From assembly GCA_041390905.1 (NCBI GenBank), contig JAWKPA010000012.1, positions 63,216 through 127,215 on the forward strand: a stretch of DNA of 64,000 nt. The letters run 5' to 3'. The position numbers and the translations under genes are program-made. Shown here piece by piece: positions 28,768 to 37,128 of the stretch. Below the pieces are notes generated by a model, which worked only from the letters and a program-made list of their open reading frames with translations, was not told where the DNA came from and did not search any database. The stretch is from Chloroflexota bacterium. GTDB lineage: Bacteria; Chloroflexota; Anaerolineae; Promineifilales; Promineifilaceae. The number at the start of each line of letters is the position of its first letter. Position 1 is the stretch's first letter.

Positions 28768-28800
28768 GCCGTTTACAGGGGCAATAACGGCCGTTTTTTA
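28768..28800 (+). terminator. intrinsic terminator-like hairpin formed by two copies of the AACGGCCGTT palindrome followed by a T6 run
   Basis: taacggccgtttacaggggcaataacggccgtttttt. Confidence 0.45.
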
Positions 28801-29013
28801 ATGAAGCCCCGGTGGAGGTTGGTTTTCATGATTCACAATAGTTCCCCCCCGCATTCATAACCCCATTGATCTGGTTCCATATTGGCTGGTCATAAACGGC
28901 CGTTTTTGCTTGTCACCACATACTTTCTGCAAGTAACAAGTAACAAGTCGCAAGCCCCTTTTGCCCAGCGAGCTTGCCACCTGCCACTTGCCACCTGCTA
29001 TAGAGAAACTATC

Positions 29014-30312
29014 ATGCGTAAGCTCATCACGCTGCTGCTACTCATCGGCTACAGCAGCTTTGTTACACTATATCGTCGCGCCTACAACCCCATTATTCAA
29101 GCCCAGCTTGCTCCCCGGCAGCTTGCCGATAGCAACGAAACCGCTGCCCTTGTGCAAACCTGGTACCAACAGCCCTGGGTTCTCATCGTTGTCACCATCC
29201 TGCTGCTCATCGCCCTCTTTCGCTTATGGCAGCAGCCTATGAAGCAAGCAGCCAAATCCCCGTCGCTCCATCATTACTTACTGCTGCTGCCCCTGCTGGG
29301 GCTGCTCATTGCCTGCAAACCATACGGCGTCACCCAAATCATTGAAATCAAGCCCAACGAAACCGCCTTTGTCGTGCCGCTGCTCGGCGACACTACCAGC
29401 CAGGCACAGTTTCAATCCGTCTCCTATCTGGAACAACGGCAAGTAGCTGCCAAACAAGTGGAAATCCCGGTACGTGAACACAAAATCGGGCGTGGCTTCT
29501 GGAACATCGAATGGATTCCCACCGTGGCCGTGATCATTGTAGACCGTACCCCCGTTACCCGTGAATGGACATCGGCCAACGACACCGGCACATCCGTCAG
29601 CAACCAGGCCTTTGGCGTGGAATCGAGGGAATCCATTGACTTTAAGGTGGGTGCCACCGCCAGTGCTCTGGTAGAAGAAAAGAACGCCGCCAAATTCCTC
29701 TATTATTTCAGCGGCAAAAGCCTGCCCGAAGTGATGGACGAAAACATTCGCGGTTTTGTGCAGGCTGAACTGTTCAACGAATTTGGCGCCCGCACGCTGG
29801 AGCAAGGGCGTGGGGACAAGCGGGAAATTTTTGAATCTGTTTTCCAACGCACCCAGGCACATTTTGAGCCGCTGGGCATTACCATCACCTCACTCGGCGG
29901 TTCCGAGGGGTTAATCTACAGCGACAAGGATGTGCAGGCGGTGATCAATGCAAACTTTGAAGCCCAGCAGCGGCAAATTCAGGCGGAAGCGTTTGCCACG
30001 GCGCAGGCGATTGAAAACAGCACTCTGGTAGATCAGGCCAACGCTGCTGCTACGGCAACAGTGGTGGCAGGGCAAGCCGCAGCGGCCGTTTTACGGGAAC
30101 GCGGGCAGCAGTTGTCCCAATTCCCCGGCCTTACTGATTATGAATATGCCCAGCGTTCGCAGGGGCGCGTGCCGGAAACGCTGGTTGTTTCGGGTGAAGG
30201 CCAGGATCTGCCCTTTGCTTTCTTTTTGAATGCCCATGCCGGGGTTAGCACGCCGGTGGCCGTTGTAGAAGCTGCCCCCACCGCTACGCCAACGTCGTCA
30301 ACGGCTCCGTAA
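29014..30312 (+). CDS. membrane protein with an SPFH/band-7-like region (low-complexity Ala/Gln-rich C-terminus)
   Basis: Start MRKLITLLLLIGY. 3 TM helices. Central region is loosely SPFH-like. …VQAVINANFEAQQRQIQAEAFATAQAIEN is typical of stomatin/flotillin tails. Confidence 0.5.
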   Translation: MRKLITLLLLIGYSSFVTLYRRAYNPIIQAQLAPRQLADSNETAALVQTWYQQPWVLIVVTILLLIALFRLWQQPMKQAAKSPSLHHYLLLLPLLGLLIACKPYGVTQIIEIKPNETAFVVPLLGDTTSQAQFQSVSYLEQRQVAAKQVEIPVREHKIGRGFWNIEWIPTVAVIIVDRTPVTREWTSANDTGTSVSNQAFGVESRESIDFKVGATASALVEEKNAAKFLYYFSGKSLPEVMDENIRGFVQAELFNEFGARTLEQGRGDKREIFESVFQRTQAHFEPLGITITSLGGSEGLIYSDKDVQAVINANFEAQQRQIQAEAFATAQAIENSTLVDQANAAATATVVAGQAAAAVLRERGQQLSQFPGLTDYEYAQRSQGRVPETLVVSGEGQDLPFAFFLNAHAGVSTPVAVVEAAPTATPTSSTAP

Positions 30313-30367
30313 AGGATGATGTGTGTGGGAAAAACGGCCGTTTTTTCCCACATTCAGGAGATACACC

Positions 30368-30940
30368 ATGAACGTGTTAGAAATTCCGGTTCCCCGCTAT
30401 CGCGTCAAGGAAACCGGCACCCTTTTACAAATTACAGTCCCCAGCCGCAAGCATTGGTTTCAAATGGCTTTTATTGGCCTTTGGCTTCTCTTCTGGCTGG
30501 GCGGCGTCCTCGGAGTCGGCGGCGCGATGTTTTCAGAGATCGCACACTCAGGCAATGACACCGATTTCTTTGCTCCCACCTTCTTTATGCTTGTTTGGCT
30601 CACCTTTTGGGCTGTTGGCGGCAGTTTTGCCTTGCTTTGGCTGTTGTGGCAGCTCTTTGGCGAGGAACTGATTGAAGCCAATTTCAGCACGCTCACCATC
30701 AAACGCCACATCTTTGGGCTGGGGCAAACAAAAACCTTTGACAACCGCCACATTACCGAACTGCACGTCACCCCGCTCATCCACAGCCACGCCTGCTGGG
30801 GGCGGCGCAACCAGTGGCAAACGTTGTTTGAAGGGCCGCTCACCTTTGATTACGGTGCCCAAACCTTCCGCTACGCCAATGGCGCCACCGAAGCCGAGGC
30901 GCGGCAAATTATTACGTTGCTAAAGCCTTATTTAAAGTAA
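30368..30940 (+). CDS. hypothetical membrane protein (191 aa)
   Basis: AGGAG upstream of ATG MNVLEIPVPRYRV. Two or three TM helices. No recognisable family. Confidence 0.5.
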   Translation: MNVLEIPVPRYRVKETGTLLQITVPSRKHWFQMAFIGLWLLFWLGGVLGVGGAMFSEIAHSGNDTDFFAPTFFMLVWLTFWAVGGSFALLWLLWQLFGEELIEANFSTLTIKRHIFGLGQTKTFDNRHITELHVTPLIHSHACWGRRNQWQTLFEGPLTFDYGAQTFRYANGATEAEARQIITLLKPYLK

Positions 30941-30962
30941 CAGGATTTCTGGCGGAAAGGCA

Positions 30963-31000
30963 GAAGTTCAACTTCTTCTGAGAAGTTGAACTTCTAAATA
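30963..31000. promoter_or_regulatory. pair of 15-bp palindromes AGAAGTTCAACTTCT-tctg-AGAAGTTGAACTTCT (copy 2)
   Basis: Perfect copy. Lies 115 nt upstream of the flotillin start. Confidence 0.45.
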
Positions 31001-31115
31001 GACTCATGTTTTGCGCTTGTCATTTACGGCCGTTTTCGGCAAGAATGGACAGGTGTGGAAACGATAATGGGGTAACCGTGTGTTCGCCCCACAAAAGATG
31101 TCGAAAGGAAACATC

Positions 31116-32885
31116 ATGTTTACAGGAACAGCATTTGCGATCTTTTTTATGTCCTTAACCGGGCTAGTCATTTTACTGGCCTTTATTCGTCCGCTTACCG
31201 GGCTGGTGATCATTACCGAACGGCAAGTGGGGATTGTCATCAAGCGGTTTGGGCCTCAGCTTCCCCCCGGCAAGCTGTTGGCACTCAAGGGCGAGGCTGG
31301 TTTACAGGCCGATACGCTTGCCCCCGGCTGGCACTTTGGCTACTTTCCCTGGCAATATTCCGTCCACAAAGTGCCAATGACCATTATCCCGCAGGGGGAA
31401 ATTGGGCTGGTGGTGGCGGCCGATGGGCAGGCAATGCCCGCCAACCGCATTTTGGGGCGCGTGGTAGATTGCGACAACTTTCAGGATGGGCGGAAGTTTT
31501 TGACCAATGGCGGCGAAAAAGGGCGGCAGTTGTCGCTGCTCACCGCCGGTACATACCGCATCAACACCGAGTTGTTTACTATTATCACCGCCCGCAATGC
31601 CGAGCAGCATGGCATGGCGGCACGCCATTTGCTGGTCTACCAGGTTGAACCCGACCGCGTGGGCATTGTGACGACGCTAGACGGGCAGCCGATTGACGAA
31701 GGGGAAATTGCTGGCCCTCTCGTTGAAGGCCACAACAATTTTCAGGACGGACAGATGTTTTTGGACAATCACGGTCGGCGCGGCTTGCAGGAGCAGGTGC
31801 TGCTGTCTGGCTCGTGGAACCTGAATCCGTGGTTTGTCTATGTGGAGCAAACGGCGATGGTGGAAATTCCCATCGGCCACGTAGGGATTGTGATTGCCTA
31901 TGTGGGGAAGGCACATCAGGATGTGAGCGGTGAGTCGTTTAAGCATGGCAACCTGGTGGAGCCGGGTCACAAGGGCGTGTGGGTTACGCCGCTCTATCCG
32001 GGCAAGCATCCGATAAACGGCCGTGTTATGCGTGTCGAACTCGTCCCCACTACCAACATCGTCCTCAACTGGGCCAGCCGCACCGAAGCCCACAAATACG
32101 ATGCCTCGCTGTCGCCCATCACCGTGCGCTCCAAAGACGGCTTTGCCTTCAACCTGGACGTATCGCAAATCATCCACATCGGCGCATTGGAAGCACCCAA
32201 GGTGATTTCGCGGGTGGGGTCGGTGCAGAATTTGGTTGACCACGTGCTACAGCCAATTGTGGGCAACTACTTCCGCAACTCGGCGCAGGAATATACGGTG
32301 CTGGACTTCCTGAGTGCCCGCAGTGAGCGGCAGGTGGAAGCGACTGAACACATTCGCCGCGCTGTGAGTGCCTACGATGTGCAGGCGTTGGACACGCTGA
32401 TTGGCGACATTACCCCGCCGGAGACGCTGATGGTGACGCAAACCGACCGCAAGATTGCCGAGGAGCAGCGTAAGACGTATGAAGTGCAGCAGATGGCGCA
32501 GGAACAGCGGCAGGCATTGGTACGGGCAAAGGCAGTGGCCGATATTCAGGAAGAGATGGTGAAGTCGGAAAAGAGCGTGGACATTGCCACGCTGAAGGCG
32601 CAGGCCGATGTGCAGCAGGCGACGGGTGAGGCCAAATCTACCCAGCTTCGGGCTGAAGGTGAGGCCAACGCCATTCGCAGCACGGGGCAGGCGCGGGCGG
32701 AAGTGTACCGGCTGGGTGTGGAAGCACTGGGGGCGCAAGGGTTCACGACGCTGCAAATGATGCAGATTGTGGGCGACAAGGCGGTGCGGATTGTGCCGGA
32801 TGTAGCCGTAACCGGCAGCAACAGCGGCGGCGGCCTGGCGGAGGGGCTGCTGGGGCTGGTGCTGCGGGAGAAGAACAGCGATTAG
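31116..32885 (+). CDS. flotillin-like SPFH/band-7 family protein
   Basis: N-terminal TM. SPFH domain (ITERQVGIVIKRFGPQ…). Long EA-rich coiled coil (AEEQRKTYEVQQMAQEQRQALVRAKAVADIQ…). AAGGA upstream of the ATG at 31116. Confidence 0.85.
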   Translation: MFTGTAFAIFFMSLTGLVILLAFIRPLTGLVIITERQVGIVIKRFGPQLPPGKLLALKGEAGLQADTLAPGWHFGYFPWQYSVHKVPMTIIPQGEIGLVVAADGQAMPANRILGRVVDCDNFQDGRKFLTNGGEKGRQLSLLTAGTYRINTELFTIITARNAEQHGMAARHLLVYQVEPDRVGIVTTLDGQPIDEGEIAGPLVEGHNNFQDGQMFLDNHGRRGLQEQVLLSGSWNLNPWFVYVEQTAMVEIPIGHVGIVIAYVGKAHQDVSGESFKHGNLVEPGHKGVWVTPLYPGKHPINGRVMRVELVPTTNIVLNWASRTEAHKYDASLSPITVRSKDGFAFNLDVSQIIHIGALEAPKVISRVGSVQNLVDHVLQPIVGNYFRNSAQEYTVLDFLSARSERQVEATEHIRRAVSAYDVQALDTLIGDITPPETLMVTQTDRKIAEEQRKTYEVQQMAQEQRQALVRAKAVADIQEEMVKSEKSVDIATLKAQADVQQATGEAKSTQLRAEGEANAIRSTGQARAEVYRLGVEALGAQGFTTLQMMQIVGDKAVRIVPDVAVTGSNSGGGLAEGLLGLVLREKNSD

Positions 32886-32950
32886 CGATTGGTTAATTGG
32901 AGATTGGAGATTGGTTGGCTGCCTATCCCAATCTCCAATCGCTAATCTCC
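32886..32950. repeat. heptamer-tandem hairpin element (GGAGATT type) between convergent genes
   Basis: ggttaattggagattggagattggttggctgcctatcccaatctccaatcgctaatctccaatt. Confidence 0.75.
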
Positions 32951-34069
32951 AATTGCTGATCGGCCAAACCGCTGCATGATTGCTAACACGTCATCTACCG
33001 GTAGGGCGTGGCGGGTGTTGCCGTCACGCCCGATGACGGTGTGGGCCATGAAGAGGCTGTTGAGGATAGCTTCTTCGATGGTTTCGATAACGGCCGTTCC
33101 CAGCAAACTCATGATCGGTTGTTCCAGCAAAACGGCGCGTTGCACAACCAGCTCGGCCGGCCGATCTGGCACAGTGTAGGCCGTGGAAAAGGCAATGACA
33201 AAATCGCCGCTGCCGCCAGCACAGGTGCTGCCGGTACGAGCCAGACCAAAGGCGGCGCGGCGACATAATCGTTCAAGCTGGCGGCTGTCGAGTGGGGCGT
33301 CGGTTGCCAGCACCATCATGATGGAGCCATCGTCCAAACGGAGTTCATCGCTGGGGGGCTGGAGGTGCTGCCCAACGGGAACCCCGGCAATCGTTAGCTC
33401 GTGGGGTTGGCCGAAGTTGGTTTGCACCAATGCGCCAATGGTAAAGCCGCCCGCACTTTCGGGCAGCACGCGGCTGGCGGTGCCAATGCCGCCTTTCCAG
33501 CCAAAGCAGCTTGTGCCAGCCCCTGCCCCCACGGCTCCTTCTGCCACGGGATCGGTGCTGGCGTTGGTGATGGCGCGGAAAACGGCCGTTTCTCCTACCA
33601 CCCTTCCCTGCATATCATTCAAGAAGCCATCGTTTGTTTCCCCCACCACCGGGTTTACGCTGGCGTAGCCACGCCGCCCCGTTGTGGCAAACCCCACGCC
33701 GATGTGGGGGTTTTGTACCAGAGCATGGGAAATCAGGGCATCGGCTACGCGGGGGGCGTTGAGGGTGCTGGTCAGGGCAATGGGGGTTTCCAGGTTGCCC
33801 AATTCACGCACCTGCTCAAAGCCGATGACTTTGCCAAAACCGTTGATGCTGTGAACAGCGGCCGGCGCTTTGTCCTTATAAAGATTACCTTGATGGGGCA
33901 AAATGACGGTGACACCAGTACGAAACGGCCCCTGCCCCGGCTGCCACACCCCATCCCCAGCCACCACTGTTGCATGACCAACCGCCACGCCCGCCACATC
34001 AGTAATGCCATTGTGCTTTCCGACTGCCAATTGGCGTGGCAGCATATTGAATGCACCAATTCGTTTCAT
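32942..34069 (-). CDS. P1/S58 family peptidase (DmpA/OAT-like L-aminopeptidase/D-Ala esterase)
   Basis: NGITDVAGVAVGHAT … and the Gly-Ser autoprocessing site context. GAGGAGG lies 5 nt upstream of the ATG. Confidence 0.7.
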   Translation of the reverse strand: MKRIGAFNMLPRQLAVGKHNGITDVAGVAVGHATVVAGDGVWQPGQGPFRTGVTVILPHQGNLYKDKAPAAVHSINGFGKVIGFEQVRELGNLETPIALTSTLNAPRVADALISHALVQNPHIGVGFATTGRRGYASVNPVVGETNDGFLNDMQGRVVGETAVFRAITNASTDPVAEGAVGAGAGTSCFGWKGGIGTASRVLPESAGGFTIGALVQTNFGQPHELTIAGVPVGQHLQPPSDELRLDDGSIMMVLATDAPLDSRQLERLCRRAAFGLARTGSTCAGGSGDFVIAFSTAYTVPDRPAELVVQRAVLLEQPIMSLLGTAVIETIEEAILNSLFMAHTVIGRDGNTRHALPVDDVLAIMQRFGRSAIGD

Positions 34070-34210
34070 GGTTCCTCCTCGATAGCAGCCACAATGATGC
34101 TCATTGTGACCATTTTCCTATGACCTATTTCTTTGACGGATTCCGGTTTTGCCTCATACTGTATACATCAGTATTGTTTTCCTGGGATTACCCAACAGGG
34201 AGTCGTCTTA

Positions 34211-34981
34211 ATGAAGGCATCGTTGTCGTTTACGAATGAAAGACATCTCCTGCATATGGTGCAGGCAGTTGATCTGCGTGCGCCCTATGCGATGGGACAT
34301 TTTCAAACTGTTTCCCGCTATGCGGTACTCATTGCCCAAGAGATGGGATTGCCTTCACCGATGGTGGAGACCATGCGTAAAGCGGGTCTACTCCACGACA
34401 TCGGCAAATTCTGGATTCCCGACGACATCTTAACCAAACCCGGCCGCTTAACGCCAGAAGAGTTTGCCCTGGTGCAGCAGCACCCCGTCATTGGAGCCAA
34501 TGTGCTGGATGGCTTTCCCACGCTGGCGGAGGTTGTCCCCATGATTCGTCATCATCATGAACGCTTTGATGGCAAAGGGTACCCCAATGGGTTAGCCGGG
34601 ATAGAAATCCCGTTGGGGGCGCGGATTTTGAACGTGGCCGACACGGTGGAGGCAATGGCCTCTGACAGGCCATATAAAAAAGGGTATCCGTTGGAAAAAA
34701 TTCTGTCTATCTTGCAAGAAGAAGCCGGACAGCAGTTTGACCCCGAAATGGTTGAGGCGTTTATGCAGGGGCTTGGCAAGGCCGGTACAGACATCATCAA
34801 TAACCCGGGGGCGGCGTTGGGGGGCAACCCCGTTGATCCAGAATCATTCCAGCTTTTGGCGTCGGCACTAATGAATTGGCTTCAGTTTCGCCTGACACGC
34901 TTCCCGAATGAGGCTGCGAGCCAAAATTCGGGTAGGATCAACAATATGGAGTCCACGCCACTGGCTGCTTTGAACCGCTAG
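34211..34981 (+). CDS. HD-GYP domain protein (cyclic-di-GMP phosphodiesterase-like)
   Basis: LLHDIGK … HHHERFDGKGYP motifs. AGGGAG upstream of the ATG at 34211. The 3' end overlaps the convergent racemase ORF. Confidence 0.75.
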   Translation: MKASLSFTNERHLLHMVQAVDLRAPYAMGHFQTVSRYAVLIAQEMGLPSPMVETMRKAGLLHDIGKFWIPDDILTKPGRLTPEEFALVQQHPVIGANVLDGFPTLAEVVPMIRHHHERFDGKGYPNGLAGIEIPLGARILNVADTVEAMASDRPYKKGYPLEKILSILQEEAGQQFDPEMVEAFMQGLGKAGTDIINNPGAALGGNPVDPESFQLLASALMNWLQFRLTRFPNEAASQNSGRINNMESTPLAALNR

Positions 34982-35626
34982 GGGCATTTCGGTGCAGCCG
35001 AGAACAATGGCTTCAGCTCCTTTTTGTTGTAACGCGACCATTGCCTGTTCCAGATTTGCCACGGCCTGGGGTGTGGCAACGCCGCACGCTTTAATGCCGT
35101 AGCTGGGGTGATAAACGGCCGTATGTACCACCGCCTCCTGCATCTCCCGCTCTGGTACCTGCACTGTAAAACCAAGCGGCTCCAGGACGGCAGGGTAAAT
35201 GCGGGTGAGGTAGGTGCCGGTGGTGGAAAGGATGCCGATGTTGTGGAGAAACGGCCGTTCTTCGCGCAAAAACCGCCCCGTCTCCCCAATCATATGCAGC
35301 AACTGCACCCCACACCGATCCGCCTCCGCCTGCACCAGCCCAAAAATCTCCGGCGAGTGCGCTGTGTTGCAAGGAACTCCAATCACTTCTGCCCCCGCCT
35401 GCGCCAGCCGCCGCAGTTGCCGCGCCAGCGCGTGCCCCGGATTCTCGGCCACCTTTCCCAGTAAATATTCCGTTCTATCCAAAATCTCACTGGGACCAGA
35501 CAAACTCAGCACCGTCAAATGATCCTGATCCTTCGCCGCCACCGTCTCGGCCAGAATTTTGTTAAACAGATCCGCCCCGGCAAACGGCCCCACCCCGGCA
35601 ATTAACCCAATTGTTTTTTCACTCAT
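34868..35626 (-). CDS. aspartate/glutamate racemase family protein
   Basis: IGLIAGVGPFAGADLFNKI … GVPCNTAHS … LGCTEMPL (two catalytic Cys motifs). Start MSEKTIG (cat 35624-35626). Confidence 0.7.
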   Translation of the reverse strand: MSEKTIGLIAGVGPFAGADLFNKILAETVAAKDQDHLTVLSLSGPSEILDRTEYLLGKVAENPGHALARQLRRLAQAGAEVIGVPCNTAHSPEIFGLVQAEADRCGVQLLHMIGETGRFLREERPFLHNIGILSTTGTYLTRIYPAVLEPLGFTVQVPEREMQEAVVHTAVYHPSYGIKACGVATPQAVANLEQAMVALQQKGAEAIVLGCTEMPLAVQSSQWRGLHIVDPTRILARSLIREACQAKLKPIH

Positions 35627-35699
35627 AAGATTTTTTTGACAGGATTGACAAGATTTCAAATGGTTAATCCTGCGCAATCTTGTAAATCCTGTCTAAATT

Positions 35700-35812
35700 C
35701 AGGAGCTTGTCAGAGAAGTCTGAATAGATGCGCGGATGACGCGGATTTGTGGGGATAAACACGGATTTTTCTTTTGATCCGCGAAAATCCGCTCTGATCC
35801 GCGTTATCCGCG
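35700..35812. repeat. long hairpin element (GCGGAT-type repeats; 14-bp perfect outer IR AATAGATGCGCGGA)
   Basis: aatagatgcgcggatgacgcggatttgtgggg…gatccgcgaaaatccgctctgatccgcgttatccgcgcatctatt. Confidence 0.7.
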
Positions 35813-35839
35813 CATCTATTTTCTTTTTCCGACAGGCTG

Positions 35840-37030
35840 TTAGACAACGCCATTAGCCCGCAGTTGGGCGATAGCATCTACATCATACCCCAGCCGAGCC
35901 AGGACTTCATCGGTGTCGGCACCCAGAACGGGGGGGGCGGTGCGGATAGTGGCCGGGGTTTCGGATAGCTTGGCAACGGGGCCAAGTAGCTTGATTGGCC
36001 CGGCGGTCGGGTGTTCGACCTCTTGCACCATCTGCCGTGCCGCAATTTGCGGGTCGTTGAGGATGGTGGGAATGTCGTTGATGGGGCTGACGGGAATTTT
36101 GGCGGCGAGGATGCGGTCGTGCCAAACGGCCGTTTCTTCCTCCCGAAACGTCTTTTGCATCTCCCCAATCAACGCCACCCGCCGCGTCACCCGGTCGGCG
36201 TTGCTGGCATACTGCGGGTCATCGGCCAAATCCGGCCGGCCAATCGCCCGGCACAGCCGCCGATACTGCTCATCCGACCCAATGCCCACGGCAATGTGGC
36301 CGTCGGCCGTGGGAAACGTTTCATACGGCACAATGCTGGCGTGGGCGTTGCCATACCGCTGCGGCGTTTTGCCCGTGGCAAAATAGTTGTGCGCCACATT
36401 GATCAACCACGCCACCTGCGAATCAAGCAGTGCCACGTCAATATATTGCCCGCGCCCCGTTTGCGAACGGTGGTGCAAGGCTACCAAAATGGCGTTACAG
36501 GCAAACAGCCCCGTTGTCACATCCACCACCGCCACCCCCACCTTGTACGGCTCGCCGTCGGCCGGCCCGGTGATGGACATCACCCCGCCCTGCGCCTGGA
36601 TGAGAAAGTCAAAACCCGGCCGTTCGCGGTATGGCCCGTTTTGTCCGTAGCCAGTAATCGAGCAATAAATGAGGCCGGGGTTGATTTGCGACAGCGTTTC
36701 ATAATCCAACCCCATGCGCTGCATGGTGTCAACCTTAAAATTTTCGATGAGAACATCAGCTTCCGCCGCCAGCTTTTTGAGGATAGCCAGCCCTTCCCCG
36801 GTTTTCAGATCAAGCGTCATGCTTTTCTTGTTGCGGTTGGCACTGAGAAAATAGGCGGCCTGGTCGCCCACCCAGGGCGGTCCCCATTGGCGGGTGCCAT
36901 CGCCGCTGCCCGGCTGCTCAATTTTTAGCACGTCGGCACCATAATCGGCCAGCATCATGGTGCAATAGGGGCCAGCCAGGATGCGTGTCAGGTCAAGAAC
37001 ACGGATATTTTGTAGGGCGGGTTGGGTCAA
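35840..37030 (-). CDS. CoA-transferase family III protein (CaiB/BaiF/Frc-like)
   Basis: IRVLDLTRILAGPYCTMMLADYGADVLKIE. TTG start with AAGGAG 6 nt upstream (caa 37028-37030). The ATG of the longer ORF lies inside the hairpin element. Confidence 0.8.
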   Translation of the reverse strand: MTQPALQNIRVLDLTRILAGPYCTMMLADYGADVLKIEQPGSGDGTRQWGPPWVGDQAAYFLSANRNKKSMTLDLKTGEGLAILKKLAAEADVLIENFKVDTMQRMGLDYETLSQINPGLIYCSITGYGQNGPYRERPGFDFLIQAQGGVMSITGPADGEPYKVGVAVVDVTTGLFACNAILVALHHRSQTGRGQYIDVALLDSQVAWLINVAHNYFATGKTPQRYGNAHASIVPYETFPTADGHIAVGIGSDEQYRRLCRAIGRPDLADDPQYASNADRVTRRVALIGEMQKTFREEETAVWHDRILAAKIPVSPINDIPTILNDPQIAARQMVQEVEHPTAGPIKLLGPVAKLSETPATIRTAPPVLGADTDEVLARLGYDVDAIAQLRANGVV

Positions 37031-37059
37031 GGGCAACTCCTTGTCAGACTTGTTTAGTA

Positions 37060-37122
37060 ATTGGGGATTGGAGATTGGAGATTGATGAGGGTTCACAATC
37101 TCCAATCTCCAATCTCCAATCC
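37060..37122. repeat. heptamer-tandem hairpin element (GGAGATT type)
   Basis: gggattggagattggagattgatgagggttcacaatctccaatctccaatctccaatccc. Confidence 0.75.
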
Positions 37123-37128
37123 CTCAGA

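Larger units (their letters stand above)
28612..28800 (+). ncRNA. candidate small RNA or leader transcript (promoter to HIP-built terminator)
   Basis: The consensus promoter at 28576-28604 is followed about 165 nt later by the hairpin AACGGCCGTT-tacaggggcaat-AACGGCCGTT + TTTTTT. No ORF. Contains the paired 15-bp palindromes. Confidence 0.25.

Noticed and set aside
28474-29013. Possible tRNA or other structured RNA in the 540-bp non-coding gap
   Set aside because: No cloverleaf with anticodon or T-loop (GTTCRANYC) consensus could be found by eye. Retained only as a candidate sRNA.
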